From: Macrostomum lignano
Lineage: Eukaryota
Direction of reading: 5' to 3'
DNA length: 64,000 nt
Assembly (NCBI GenBank): GCA_002269645.1
Contig: NIVC01000885.1
Coordinates: forward strand, 4,695-68,694
The notes below the pieces were generated by a model. That model had not been told where the DNA came from. It searched no databases and saw nothing but the letters and a program-made list of their open reading frames with translations. A program made the position numbers and the translations under genes. Every line of letters starts with the position of its first letter. The first letter of the stretch is position 1. Positions 10,472 through 24,260 of the stretch are shown here, piece by piece.

Positions 10472-13400
10472 TTAGGTCGGGTGAATCTTGGCCACGCGAC
10501 TCAAATGCCCGACGCTAACGCAGTGCTCAACCAATTGAAATCGCCAGCAGAAGGTGACGTCATCTTCGTTGCAGCCGGCAGCCAGGCACACCGGGCAGCG
10601 GTGCGGCCGCAGCAGCGGCGGAGTGGGGTGCAGCAGCCGGTGCTCCGCCAGGTGCTTCGGCAAGGTGAAACACCGCCGACAGTCCTTGGCGGGGCATTGC
10701 TGGCGATCGCAAGAGCGCCACGGCTGATGGAGGCTGGCCTCCTGATGGTGGCGGAGCTCGGCGAGAGATGTGAACACCTGGCGACAGGTGCTGCACAGGT
10801 GTAGCCGGCCAGCCAACCCGTGCGACTGCGACAGGTGGCTGCGAAATGGCGAGGCAGAATGGAGAACATTTAGAAATGATGAAGAATGCTAACTTTTCTA
10901 AGGATTATCCTTCTTGTGAAGAATCTCAACCCCTAATAGTGAAGAATCTCAACCCCTAATAGTGGAGAATCTCAACCCTCAATAGTGAAGAATCTCAACC
11001 CTAAATAGTGAAGAATCTTAACCTGAATCTTAAAGAATCCCAACCTGAATCATAAAGAATCTCATCCTGAATCATAAAGAATCTCATCCTGAATCATAAA
11101 GAATCTCAACCCTAAATAGTGAGGAATCCCAACCTGAATCATAAAGAATCCCAACCTGAATCATAAAGAATCCCAACCTGAATCATAAAAATCCCAACCA
11201 GAATCATAAAGAATCCCAACCAGAATCATAAAGAATCCCAACCTGAATCATAAAGAATCCCAACCTGAATCATAAAAATCCCAACCAGAATCATAAAGAA
11301 TCCCAACCAGAATCATAAAGAATCCCAACCTGAATCATAAAGAATCTCAACCTGAACGATAAAGAATCTCATCCTGAATCATAAAGAATCTCAACCTGAA
11401 TAGTGAGACCTGAATCGTTCACCCACCAGATGAGCCCGATCTCGTCAAACGCGGTATCCGACTCGGCGCACAGACTGCAGCAGTGCGAGTTTCTTTCATT
11501 GCGGCCAGTCTCGCAGTCTTTCAGAGCCTTCATTCGCCGGGTATAGTCGTGCATTCGCATATGTCTGGTGCAGTTGGACTTTCTATGAAACCTGGCACCG
11601 CATTCTCGACAAGCAAACTGGCCGGAGCTTTTCAACGCCGACGATGTCGATTTGACAACGGCATTGGCCGAAATTGTACGCCACTTCACCGCCGGGCAGC
11701 GCTGCCTGATTAAATGTACTTTTAGAGTGGCGCGTCTGGAGAAGCTGGTGTGACAGTGCGGACAGGTGGCTCTGGGATGGATTCGGCGCTTTTTAGCGAC
11801 TGTTTTTGAGCCATTATTACTATTATTATTATTATTATTTCTATTAGTATTGTTACTAGCGGTCGTATTAGTAGCTGAGCCGGCTGATGAAGCAGTTATT
11901 ATAGAATCGACAGCAGAATGAGCCAATGAGGAAGCTGGCAAGGCTGCAGATTTCGACGATGTCGGAGGATCCGTCTGCGGGGGAGGCAGCGGACACAATG
12001 ATAGAATCCATAATAGGTCAGCTGTAGCTCAGAAAGTAGGTCAGCTCTAGCTCAGAAAGTAGGTCAGCTGTAGCTCAGAAAATAGGTCAGCTCTAGCTCA
12101 GAAAGTAGGTCAGCTGTAGCTCAGAAAATAGGTCAGCTCTAGCTTAGAAAATAGGTCAGCTGTAGCTCAGAAAATAGGTCAGCTCTAGTTCAGAAAATAG
12201 GTCAGCTCTAGTTCAGAAAGTAGGTCAGCTCTAGCTCAGAAAGTAGGTCAGCTCTAGCTCAGAAAGTAGGTCAGCTCTAGCTCTGAAAGTAGGTCAGCTC
12301 TAGCTCTGAAAGTAGGTCAGCTCTAGCTCTGAAAGTAGGTCAGATCTAGTTCTGAAAGTAGGTCAGCTCTAGCTTAGAAAGTAGGTCAGCTCTAGCTCAG
12401 AAAGTATGTCAGCTCTAGCTCAGAAAGTAGGTCAGCTCTAGCTTAGAAAGTAGGTCAGCTCTAGCTTAGAAAGTAGGTCAGATCTAGCTCAAAAAGTAGG
12501 TGAGCTCTAGCTCAGAATGTAGGTCAGCTCTAGCTCAGAAAGTAGGTAAGCTCTAGTTCAGAAAGTAGGTCAGCTCTAGCTCAGAAAGTAGGTCAGCTCT
12601 AGCTCAGAAAGTAGGTCAGCTCTAGCTCTGAAAGTAGGTCAGCTCTAGCTCTGAAAGTAGGTCAGCTCTAGCTCTGAAAGTAGGTCAGATCTAGTTCTGA
12701 AAGTAGGTCAGCTCTAGCTTAGAAAGTAGGTCAGCTCTAGCTCAGAAAGTATGTCAGCTCTAGCTCAGAAAGTAGGTCAGCTCTAGCTTAGAAAGTAGGT
12801 CAGCTGTAGCTCAGAAAATAGGTCAGCTCTAGTTCAGAAAATAGGTCAGCTCTAGTTCAGAAAGTAGGTCAGCTCTAGCTCAGAAAGTAGGTCAGCTCTA
12901 GCTCAGAAAGTAGGTCAGCTCTAGCTCTGAAAGTAGGTCAGCTCTAGCTCTGAAAGTAGGTCAGCTCTAGCTCTGAAAGTAGGTCAGATCTAGTTCTGAA
13001 AGTAGGTCAGCTCTAGCTTAGAAAGTAGGTCAGCTCTAGCTCAGAAAGTATGTCAGCTCTAGCTCAGAAAGTAGGTCAGCTCTAGCTTAGAAAGTAGGTC
13101 AGCTCTAGCTTAGAAAGTAGGTCAGATCTAGCTCAAAAAGTAGGTGAGCTCTAGCTCAGAATGTAGGTCAGCTCTAGCTCAGAAAGTAGGTAAGCTCTAA
13201 TTCAGAAAGTAGGTCAGCTCTAGCTCAGAAGGTAGGTCAGCTCTAGCTCAGAAAATAGGTCAGCTCTAGCTCAGAAAGTAGGTCAGCTCTAGCTTAGAAA
13301 GTAGGTCAGCTCTAGCTTAAAAAGTAGGTCAGATCTAGCTCAGAAAGTAGGTCAGATCTAGCTCAGAAAGTAGGTCAGCTCTAGCTTAGAAAGTAGGTCA

Positions 13401-14138
13401 GCTCTAGCTCAGAAAGTATGTCAGCTCTAGCTCAGAAAGTAGGTCAGCTCTAGCTTAGAAAGTAGGTCAGCTCTAGCTTAGAAAGTAGGTCAGATCTAGC
13501 TCAAAAAGTAGGTGAGCTCTAGCTCAGAATGTAGGTCAGCTCTAGCTCAGAAAGTAGGTAAGCTCTAATTCAGAAAGTAGGTCAGCTCTAGCTCAGAAGG
13601 TAGGTCATCTCTAGCTCAGAAAGTAGGTCACCTCTAGCTCAGAAAGTAGGTCAGATCTAGCTCAAAAAGTAGGTCAGATCTAGCTCAGAAAAATAGGTCA
13701 GCTCTAGCTCAGAAAAAAGGTCAGATCTAGCTCAGAAAAATAGGTCAGCTCTAGCTCAGAAAAATAGGTCAGCTTTAGCTCAGAAAATAGGTCAGCTCTA
13801 GCTCAGAAAATAGGTCAGATCTAGCTCAGAAAATAGACTCGCTTTCCAACCTGATTCTCCAGAGCGCTAAGGACGCCACCAGCAAAACCAACAATGTCTG
13901 ATTCAGCAGACTCGATGCCCAGAGCCAGCAGACGGGAAGCTGCCACAGCTGCCGCCATGTTGGCAGCCGCAGCGGCAGCCGTTGACATGGCGGGCGATGA
14001 AGCAGCTGCAGAGGCTGACACCTGAGGATGGCACAAGTAGGTGTGCTTGTCCAATTCCTCCGCGGTGTTAAAGCGCAGTGTGCATAAACGGCATTTCAAT
14101 TGGATGCCACCAGCAGCTGACTTGCTTCGTGTGCTCAT
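10472..14138 (-). CDS. Multi-finger C2H2/C2HC zinc-finger protein, 3 exons, 400 aa
   Basis: Exons are 14138-13851, 11974-11427 and 10838-10472; GT-AG, phases 0/0 and 2/2. Splicing of exons 2 and 3 completes the finger CSLC...GLIC|HLSQSH. Seven fingers in all, e.g. CRECGARFHRKSNCTRHMRMH and CPAKDCRRCFTLPKHLAEHRLLH. Confidence 0.88.
10915..11412. repeat. 22-bp minisatellite (AATCATAAAGAATCCCAACCTG)n in zinc-finger intron 2
   Basis: Periodic units within intron 10839-11426. Confidence 0.95.
12014..13836. repeat. 23-bp minisatellite (AGGTCAGCTCTAGCTCAGAAAGT)n in zinc-finger intron 1
   Basis: About 79 units filling intron 11975-13850 almost edge to edge, with block duplications. Confidence 0.98.
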
Positions 14139-14255
14139 TGCTTAGATCTGTTGTCCGCGTGGTATTCTCTGTGTGTGCCGTCGTTGTGGCAAGTTTATGA
14201 AGATAAATATTGAAATTACATAAAATAGTGATAGAAGCATTTCGATATTTGCTGA

Positions 14256-14957
14256 CTGAGCACACCCTACACTGAGCACACAATGAGCACACCCTACAAT
14301 TAAGAACACCCTACATTGAGCACACCCTACACTGAGCACACCCTACATCGAGCACACCCTACATTGAGCACACCCTAAATTGAACACACCCTACATTGAG
14401 CACACCCTACATTGAGCACACCCTACATTGAGCACACCCTAAATTGAACACACCCTACATTGAGCACACCCTACATTGGGCACATTTTGGACTGAGCACA
14501 CCCTAGACTGAGCACATACTAGACTGAGCACACACTAGACTGAGCACACCCTAGACTGAGCACACACTAGACTGAGCACACCATGAGCTGAGCTGAGCTG
14601 ACCCTAGACTGAGCACACCCTACATTGAGCACACCCTACACTGAGCACATCCTACATTGAGTACACCCTACACTGAGCACATCCTACATTGAGTACACTC
14701 TACATTGAGTACACCCTACACTGAGCACACCCTGGACTGAGCACACCCTAGACTGAGCCCACCCTGGACTGAGCACACCCTACACTGAGCACACCCTGGA
14801 CTGAGCACACCCTAGACTGAGCCCACCCTAGACTGAGCCCACCCTGGACTGAGCCCACCCTGGACTGAGCACACCCTAGACTGAGCCCACCCTGGACTGA
14901 GCACACCCTACACTGAGCACACCCTACACTGAGCACACCCTTGACTGAGCAAACCCT
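14256..14957. repeat. 16-bp minisatellite (CTACACTGAGCACACC)n
   Basis: 16-bp period, upstream of the zinc-finger ATG. Confidence 0.95.
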
Positions 14958-15532
14958 AGAATACAGTGGTAAATAAACAAATCCAAACAACATATTCATT
15001 TTAATAGAATCGCAACACACAAGCAAAATCATTATTATAAAACTACATTGCACTTAAATGAAAAGTTACAAATTGACGGCTACAGAAATTCAAAGTTCAC
15101 TGGCAATTTTCAGAGAGAATACTTTGTACAATAAAATGTTCATTTCAAAGACAGGGTCTCGTGCGACTAGCAATTCGAACTGATAATTAACTGGACTACA
15201 GTAGTGGTACGTTCAGCATATATAGGAGTACAACACAAAGAAAACGATTTAACGCACAACAACTAAAACAAGTACGTAAATTAAAAAGCAGATAACTGCA
15301 CACTACACTTTAATATATCGGCAATAGAAATTGGGAATGAACTGTAGTTGAAACCCTCGCTTTTCTGCGACGTTGTAATTGTTAACCTTGATATAAAAGT
15401 TTTATTTAATTAATTAAAGAACGCTTGTGAAATGGCTCACTACACATTTAGTCTACTACATAATAATGTAACATTGGAGCACCAATTGTAGACAGGGTGA
15501 AAAGAAAAATGGAGATGTATAAAAACCCAACC

Positions 15533-16978
15533 CTCAGATCAGAGACACCCACAGATCAGAGACACCCTCAGATCAGAGACACCCACAGATCAGAGACACC
15601 CTCAGATCAGAGACACCCACAGATCAGAGACACCCACAGATCAGAGACACCCACAGATCAGACACCCTCAGATCAGAGACACCCACAGATCAGAGACACC
15701 CACAGATCAGAGACACCCACAGATCAGAGACACCCTCAGATCAGAGACACCCACAGATCAGAGACACCCACAGATCAGAGACACCCACAGATCAGAGACA
15801 CCCACAGATCAGAGACACCCACAGATCAGAGACACCCACAGATCAGAGACACCCACAGATCAGAGACACCCACAGATCAGAGACACCCACAGATCAGAGA
15901 CACCCACAGATCAGAGACACCCACAGATCAGAGACACCCACAGATCAGACACCCACAGATCAGACACCCTCAGATCAGAGACACCCACAGATCAGAGACA
16001 CCCTCAGATCAGAGACACCCACAGATCAGAGACACCCTCAGATCAGAGACACCCACAGATCAGAGACACCCTCAGATCAGAGACACCCTCAGATCAGAGA
16101 CACCCACAGATCAGAGACACCCACAGATCAGAGACACCCACAGATCAGAGACACCCACAGATCAGAGACACCCACAGATCAGAGACACCCACAGATCAGA
16201 GACACCCTCAGATCAAAGACACCCTCAGATCAGAGACACCCTCAGATCAGAGACACCCACAGATCAGACACCCACAGATCAGACACCCTCAGATCAGAGA
16301 CACCCACAGATCAGAGACACCCTCAGATCAGAGACACCCTCAGATCAGAGACACCCACAGATCAGAGACACCCACAGATCAGACACCCACAGATCAGACA
16401 CCCTCAGATCAGAGACACCCACAGATCAGAGACACCCACAGATCAGAGACACCCACAGATCAGAGACACCCACAGATCAGAGACACCCACAGATCAGAGA
16501 CACCCACAGATCAGAGACACCCACAGATCAGACACCCTCAGATCAGAGACACCCACAGATCAGAGACACCCACAGATCAGACACCCTTAGATCAGAGACA
16601 CCCACAGATCAGAGACACCCACAGATCAGAGACACCCACAGATCAGACACCCTCAGATCAGAGACACCCACAGATCAGAGACACCCACAGATCACAGACA
16701 CCCACAGATCAGAGACACCCACAGATCAGAGACACCCACAGATCAGAGACACCCACAGATCAGAGACACCCACAGATCAGAGACACCCACAGATCAGAGA
16801 CACCCACAGATCACAGACACCCACAGATCAGAGACACCCACAGATCAGAGACACCCACAGATCAGACACCCACAGATCAGAGACACCCTCAGATCAGAGA
16901 CACCCACAGATCAGACACCCACAGATCAGAGACACCCACAGATCACAGACACCCACAGATCAGAGACACCCACAGATC
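15533..16978. repeat. 17-bp minisatellite (AGATCAGAGACACCCAC)n
   Basis: About 85 units; generates the spurious 496-aa ORF. Confidence 0.98.
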
Positions 16979-17399
16979 GTGAAATAAAGAAATTAAATTG
17001 ATAATAAGAAAATGTGTGACTGCAACGATTTTAGCAATTTCTGGACAAGTAAATCATAGGCACAAAAACTGTAATATTACAATGTAGGAGTATGTATATA
17101 TACATGGCTATTTAATAGCATGAAAAAAGTATGTAAAATGACACTAATACGCACTAAAATTGCATTGAAAAAGAGCTGAATAAGAACGTTGGTAATAGCA
17201 TTATTTTTTCAATTATTCAAATTTTTTAAAAAGTTCAAAACCACCTAAAGCAGATTGTAACGCGATGTAAAATAAACAAATGTGTTAGAACTTTTTTTCT
17301 AGGTTTTTCAGCTTTTTTAATTCATTCAAATTGAATGCGAAAAATTGTGATTGTGATGAAGTTTGGCCCTTGTTAAACTTTGAGGCTTTGGGAAGCATG

Positions 17400-17950
17400 A
17401 AATTCGGTAAGGTTTAAATACTAGAGAACATGAAAGTCCAGAAAACATTAAACTTGAAGAATCATGAAATTCCAGGAAATGTGGAAATCTAGGAAATATG
17501 AAATTTCAGGGAAATTCCAGGAAATATGAAATTCCAGGAAATGTGAAATTCCAAGAATCATGAAATTCCAGGAAATGTGGAAATCTAGGAATCATGAGAT
17601 TCATGAAATTCATGAAATTCCAGGAAATATGAAATTCCAGGAATCATGAGATTCATGAAATTCTAGGAAATATGAAATTCTAGGAAATATGAAATTCCAG
17701 GAAATTTGAAATTCCAGGAAATGTGAAATTCCAGGAAATGTGAAATTCCAGGAAATTTGAGATTCATAAAATTCCAGGAAATGTTAAATTCCAAGAATCA
17801 CGAGATTTATGAAATTCTAGGAAATTTGGAATTCCAGGAATCATGGACTGCGACGAATCATAAAATACCAAAAAACAAAATTCTAGAAAACCTGAAATTA
17901 CATGATTCATAAGTTTCCAGGAATCGTGAAATTCCAAGTCATTATATTCC
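17400..17950. repeat. Degenerate 17-bp minisatellite (GAAATTCCAGGAAATGT)n
   Basis: Periodic GAAATTCCAGGA core, immediately 3' of the Polyhomeotic-like stop codon. Confidence 0.9.
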
Positions 17951-18066
17951 AGAAAATTTTAAATTTTAGGATTTTTGAAACTTTTTTGAAAAAATAAAAT
18001 TTTGAAAATTTGATATTTCTTGATAGGAAAAAGTAGTACAAAGGTCCCGGACAAAGTTGCCCAAAC

Positions 18067-21000
18067 TCAAGCAAAGAAATCAGGCGGTACAGTAGCCCTG
18101 GCCTCCTCAATTCGGGCCGACAACTTCAAAGCCGGTCCCAGCTTCATACTCAAAGGCGGTCTCATCAAGTTCTCTTCTTTCAACAACAGCAGAGCTTCTC
18201 CATCAATCTCCTGTAGACGAAAATTCACAGCGAACGGAGCGCAACCGGGCGTGGAAGCCACCAGCTGGTGCACATCCGACACCGACCAGTTCAGCACCTC
18301 CGGTCTAGCAGGTCGCTGAGGCTCCACCGATTCGCTAGCGCTGGACTGTTGCGGCGCCTTCTCGGGTTCAAGGGCCGCCTGCGCTTGACCGCAAGGATCC
18401 AGATCCACTCGATCGTGATCGCCGAGTGAATCATCTTGAGCCACCGTCGCCTCCTCGTCTGCGTCCTCCTGCGGCTGCTGCTGCTCCTGCAGCTGCTCGA
18501 CATCGCGCTGACTATCGCGAACATCTGTGGCATTGTTGACATTGCTATCATTCTCATTGTCGGCTTGGTAGAACTGGTCTAATAGGCCGCTGGCCTCGTT
18601 GCAGCTTGCGTTACCGTCAACAGCATCCGCGATGTCGTCTGGCTTCTGCTGCTGTTGCTCTTTGACAGAGCTGTCCAAGCTTTGCTGCTGCTGCTCGTCC
18701 TGAGGCTCCACTTTTGCTTGCTTCGGTTGTAGGGCCCGGTGTGAGAGTTGGTCTGTATCCGGCTGTGAGAAATCAAAGGTTAAATATGAATTGTACTTGG
18801 TCTCATAACCTCATGTAGTCTTACTGGGCTATTGTGAGCTAATGTCAGTCTGTGGTATCCAATCTCCTTATCACCTTTTAGCTACGGCATCTAATCTCAC
18901 ACTACTCTTAGCTACGGCATCTAATCTCAAAGTCTGCTTCTAGCTACGGCATCTAATCTCATAGTCTGCTCCTAGTTACGGTATCTAATCTCATAGTCTG
19001 CTCCTAGCTACGGCATCTAATCTCATAGTCTGCTCCTAGCTACGGCATCTAATCTCATATTCTACTAGCTACGGCATCTAATATCATAGTCTGCTCCTAG
19101 CTACGGCATCTAATCTCATATTCTACTAGCTACGGCATCTAATATCATAGTCTGCTCCTAGCTACGGCATCTAATCTCATAGTCTGCTCCTAGCTACGGC
19201 ATCTAATCTCATAGTCTGCTCCTAGCTACGGCATCTAATCTCATATTCTACTAGCTACGGCATCTAATCTCATAGTCTGCTCCTAGCTACGGCATCTAAT
19301 CTCATAGTCTACTCCTAGCTACAACATCTAATCTCATAGTCTACTCCTAGCTACAACATCTAATCTCATAGTCTACTAGCTACGGCATCTAATCCCATGT
19401 CTACTAGCTACAGCATCTAATCTCACAGTTATACATGAGCTTCCCAACAAACAACTCACATTCTGCGGCGCAGGGGCCTCCCTCTTCAGCCGCTGCTTTT
19501 CCACCTTCTTGCTAACATTGTACTTTCTGGCGCAGCTAACGGAACAAAATCTTCTGCTGGCTTTGAAAGTTTGAAACGGTTTAAATTTGCCGCAAAATTC
19601 GCACATCAAAGCGCCAACAGAGTTCAGCGTAACGTAGGTGGGCTGCTCAACTTCTTCACCGTCTAGGTTTACGGATTTGGAGATGCCGCCAGTGGCTTTG
19701 AGCACTTTGAAGCTAGGGCCGTAGGTGGCAGCCGCGCAGCCGTTTACCTCAGGATAGGGCCGCTTCACCTGCGTGAGGTGTTCAAGTTGTTGCTATTAAC
19801 ATCACTAAACAAGTACATAAAGTATTTAAATACTTACAAATCTACATTAATATCTGACACTCACTGCTTACATTTTGACACGCATTGCTCCCGTTCTGAC
19901 AATTATTGATCATATTTTGACTCACTCACTGATCACATTCTGACACTCACTACTCTCATTCTGACACTCACTACTCACATTCTGACACTCACTACTCACA
20001 TTCTGACACTCACTGATCACATTCTGACACTCACTGATCACATTCTGACACTCACTACTCACATTCTGACACTCACTGATCACATTCTGACACTCACTAC
20101 TCACATTCTGACACTCACTACTCACATTCTGACACTCACTGATCACATTCTGACACTCACTGATCACATTCTGACACTCACTACTCACATTCTGACACTC
20201 ACTGATCACATTCTGACACTCACTACTCACATTTTGACACTCACTACTCACAATATGACACTCACTACTCACAATATGACACTCACTGATCACATTCTGA
20301 CACTCATCGATCGGATTCTGACACCCACTACTTTCATTCTGACACTCACTGACTGCTCACATTCTGACACTCACTACTCACATTCTGACACTCACTACTC
20401 ACATTCTGACACTCACTACTCACATTCTGACACTCATCGATCGGATTCTGACACTCACTACTCACATTCTGATACTCACTGATCACATTTAGAGACTCAC
20501 TGCTCAAATTGTCACATAACCATAATAACGCCCCATCACTCACTGGAAACGGTTGATTACTCTCCAGCACTACAAAGCCGTCAATAAGATGCTTAATAAT
20601 TCTTGGCTCATTGTTGCTGCAGCTATTACTGTTATTAATACTAGTAGTAACTGCGCCACCATTAGCTGCAACGACTGCACTGGCAGTACCATTATTGCTA
20701 GCTTGATAATCTGCAGCCGTAGAAGCAACTTGAGTTACTGACTCAGAGACAGAGACAACCGCCGGCGAGCAAGATAGTTTAGCCTCATCAGCTGCAGAAT
20801 TGTCAGGGCTTTCTGCAACAACCTGTTGATTTTCAATGCACTGCAACTGCTGGCACTGCGATTGCGGCATTGTTTGCTCTACTGGCTGTTTCGGTTTTGA
20901 ATCGCTTTGCTCTGGTTGATTTTCACATTCTGTATTAGCGGACACGTTTGTTGGAATGATTTTAGATTGCTGCTGTTTCTCTTGCTGTTGTTGTTGAGGC

Positions 21001-22349
21001 TTTTCCTGCTGCGGCTTGTTACTAGGAGGAGCAATAGGAGCTGATGCCGGAGGCACAGGCGGCTGAATTGGTGGCGGCGGAGGTAGCGGAGGCACCAAAG
21101 CAGCCGCAGGCGTAACAGCAGTATGCGACTTAATGGGGCTGCTAGAATTAGATGGCAGAGGAGGAGCGGACAAGACCGCGGCGGCCGGCTGCGTTGCCAC
21201 AGCGGCTGGGCCGCCAAGTCGTTGCAAGATTAAAGCGCTCTCCTGCGGTCTGAGATTCAAATCAAATAATCTTTGCTGGTGTTGCTGTTTCTGTTTCTGC
21301 TCTTCTGTCTCTGATGAGGAATGCTGTCTAGCAGCTGACGCAGACGATGTGGTAGTTGTAGTCAGTACCGCGGCTCCAAAAGAAGACGACACTGGCTGAA
21401 TTGTTGAGCTACTACTAGTTGCAATAGCAGCAGCTGATTGATGAGCTGCCGACATGCTGCTGTGAGGAGTAACAACTGCAGCAGTGCCAGCTATGGATGC
21501 TATGGCAGCTGAGGAAGTGCTAGAACAGACGACAGCTCCGGAAGCCGATGATGCCACTATGCCAGTTGTAGTTGAAGCGGAAGCTGACGAAGGCGGAGGT
21601 CCCGGAGCAAATGATGCGGCTACGAAGCCCTGCGAAGTGTGAATAGCTAAAGGAGCGGACTGCACCATGATGCTTTGCGGATACACCATCATCATAGGAC
21701 CAGTTGGGAAGCAGAAGCCAGCAGTTTGCATCTGGTTATGCGGATGCTGATGATGCAGTTGAGCTGCTGCTGTTGAATTAGGCTGAGAAGCCTGAGTCTG
21801 GTGAGGAGGAGGAGGATGATGATAAGGCTGGTGTTGCTGCTGCTGCTGTTGCTGTTGCCGCGATCCAGTATGAGGAGCGATAGCCTTCAGCTGACCATGA
21901 TGCTGCAATGGAGCAATGGGTCTAGCCGATGCAGCAACAGGAGCGGCTGCATTAGCAGTACCCGATGCACTAATGGAAGTCAAGGCTTGATTAGGCCCCT
22001 GCTGTTTGAAAGCGGGCTGGATTGGTTTAGGCCGAACCTGCTGGAATTGATGTTGCTGCTGAGGCTGCGAGATCACGGCAACAAAATGTTGTTGTTGCTG
22101 CTGCTGCTGCTGAGAAGGAGCCCGCGCTGTAACTAGAGGCTTCGCCAAAGGAACAGTTGCAGTAGTAGCCGAAGGAACTGGAGGAGGTGGCGGAGTTTCC
22201 GGATTCAAAGTCAAGTCGATGTGACAGGAAGGCGCTAACGCGGTTGACGCCTTATCGGCTAGGGCTGCCGTTGCAATATTTGTTTCCATATTTGGCTCCG
22301 TTTTCAGAGGCAAACAAGAAGACGAGGATTCCGTTGCTAAGTCTGACAT
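18067..22349 (-). CDS. ph: Polyhomeotic-like Polycomb group protein (Q/P/S-rich N-terminus, HD1, FCS zinc finger, SAM), 3 exons, 936 aa
   Basis: Exons are 22349-20544, 19768-19460 and 18762-18067, all phase-0 GT-AG. HD1: IIKHLIDGFVVLESNQPFP|V. FCS: CEFCGKF...RFCSVSCARKYNV. Ph-type SAM: WSVSDV...QEIDGEALLLLKEENLM...MKLGPALKL. Confidence 0.93.
18878..19430. repeat. 32-bp (29-bp variant) minisatellite (CTAGCTACGGCATCTAATCTCATAGTCTGCTC)n in ph intron 2
   Basis: About 17 units in intron 18763-19459. Confidence 0.96.
19850..20490. repeat. 21-bp minisatellite (CACATTCTGACACTCACTACT)n in ph intron 1
   Basis: About 30 units in intron 19769-20543. Confidence 0.96.
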
Positions 22350-22454
22350 TAATTTATTTGATTTACTAATCAATTAAAACCCTTTACTAGACCAGCTGAA
22401 TGAAGGCCAATCCGTGGAGTGTCACCATCAAGTATGCGATCCGGGTTGTTTAGA

Positions 22455-22480
22455 CTGCATGAACAGAAGAGTTATAATAC
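22455..22480 (-). promoter_or_regulatory. 3' splice acceptor about 105 nt upstream of the ph ATG
   Basis: Minus strand reads TATAACTCTTCTGTTCATGCAG|TCTAAAC. Confidence 0.45.
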
Positions 22481-22614
22481 TGACATCAGGTACTAATATA
22501 TATAAAAAAATAACTAAATCTATCGGCTGACTATTGCGGATTGATGTTGAGAAAAATGATGCGCAAAGATTATGTTAAGGGGGCGTTGCTAAGAAAATGT
22601 TGCGGAGGGGAATG

Positions 22615-23275
22615 ATGCCGAGTAAGGAATGATGCTGAGAGGGGAATGATGCTGAGGGGGAATGATGCTGAGAGGGGAATGATGCTGAGAGGGGAATGAT
22701 GCTGAGAGGGGAATGATGCTGAGAGGGGAATGATGCTGAGAGGGAAATGATGCTGCGAGGGAAATGATGCTGAGAGGGGAATGATGCTGAGAGGGAAATG
22801 ATGCGGAGAGGGGAATGATGCTGAGAGGGGAATGATGCTGAGAGGGGAATGATGCTGAGAGGAAAATGATGCTGAGAGGGGAATGATGCTGAGAGGAAAA
22901 TGATGCTGAGAGGGGAATGATGCTGAGAGGGGAATGATGCTGAGAGGGGAATGATGCTGAGAGGGGAATGATGCGGAGAGGGGAATGATGCTGAGAGGGG
23001 AATGATGCTGAGAGGGGAATGATGCGGAGAGGGGAAGGATGCTGAGAGGGGAATGATGCTGAGAGGGGAATGATGCTGAGAGGGGAAGGATGCTGAGAGG
23101 GGAATGATGCTTCAAGAGGGAAGGATGCCCAAGAAGAAAGATGCAGAGGGGGGTTGATGTTGAGGAATTATGTTAAGGGAGAATTATGCTGAGGGGGAAT
23201 GATGCCGAGGGCCGAGGGGCAATGATGCTGAGAAGGAATGATGCCCGGGGGGAATGATGCTGAGACAAATGTGCT
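22615..23275. repeat. 17-bp purine-rich minisatellite (GAGGGGAATGATGCTGA)n
   Basis: About 35 units between the SAM gene and ph. Confidence 0.96.
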
Positions 23276-24260
23276 CAACTGTGTGGAATTTAATCACTCT
23301 ACATGATTTTATTGCAAAGTACATTTTACTTACAATCACAGTCATAGAATTTACTTTGTATGTAGTAAAATTCTCAACGCTGGCAATAGAAACATTAAAA
23401 CAAAAAACACATTTAATAACTTTATTGGCTCGTATATTTCGAATCCATTGAGAAAATGTCATAATCAATTGAATCAAATAACGCTTAAGTAACGCTCCAT
23501 ACAATAACACAACAATACTAAGGAGTTAACTTATTAGGTTGTAATTACAACTTATGATTAAAGTACAATATTAAAGTACATTAGGAAAGTGAGATAACAG
23601 ATACTAGACTGACTAGATAGACCACTCAGCACATTTGCATGTAGTAAGCTACTTTCAGTTCAGTAGTAGGTTGAACAAGCATTTTAAAGTTTTTTATGAC
23701 AAGACTTATTTATTGGCTCTCACCCTCCCCCAAACTTAAACCCTTAGACTCCACATAGAACCTCTACCCTCTGAGCCGCCACCCAATTTTTATAACGTTC
23801 TTTAGTTGTTCCAGCCTACATCTGCCTTGTACATTTCAGCGGCTAATGTACATTATGGATGAACCTTATCAAAGTCATCTCAGCTGCCTTTATTCTTATA
23901 AAATAGCTTATATATTCTTCAATGCTACTAAACTGAAAGTAGAAAGCTCTTTTGCTAAGTATATATGCCTGAGTGGTTCTAGTATCTAATGTTACAATGT
24001 TCTAATGTTACATTGAACATATGAACATTGGGTTCACCTGCTATCAAAACAGGCAGAATCTTCCATCTCCGGCAGTGTACTTTTTCCAAGAAACGTATTA
24101 TCCCGTCCTTCTACTTAAGAAGTCCTTGTATATTATAATAAGAATGACTAAGACTTATTATTTATTGAACGATACAAAGTTGTAAGCTTATCAAACTAAA
24201 GTTTTTTTTTCATCCTGACACGTGAAGAAAATGCACAAAACCGCAACAGTCTAAGCGAGC

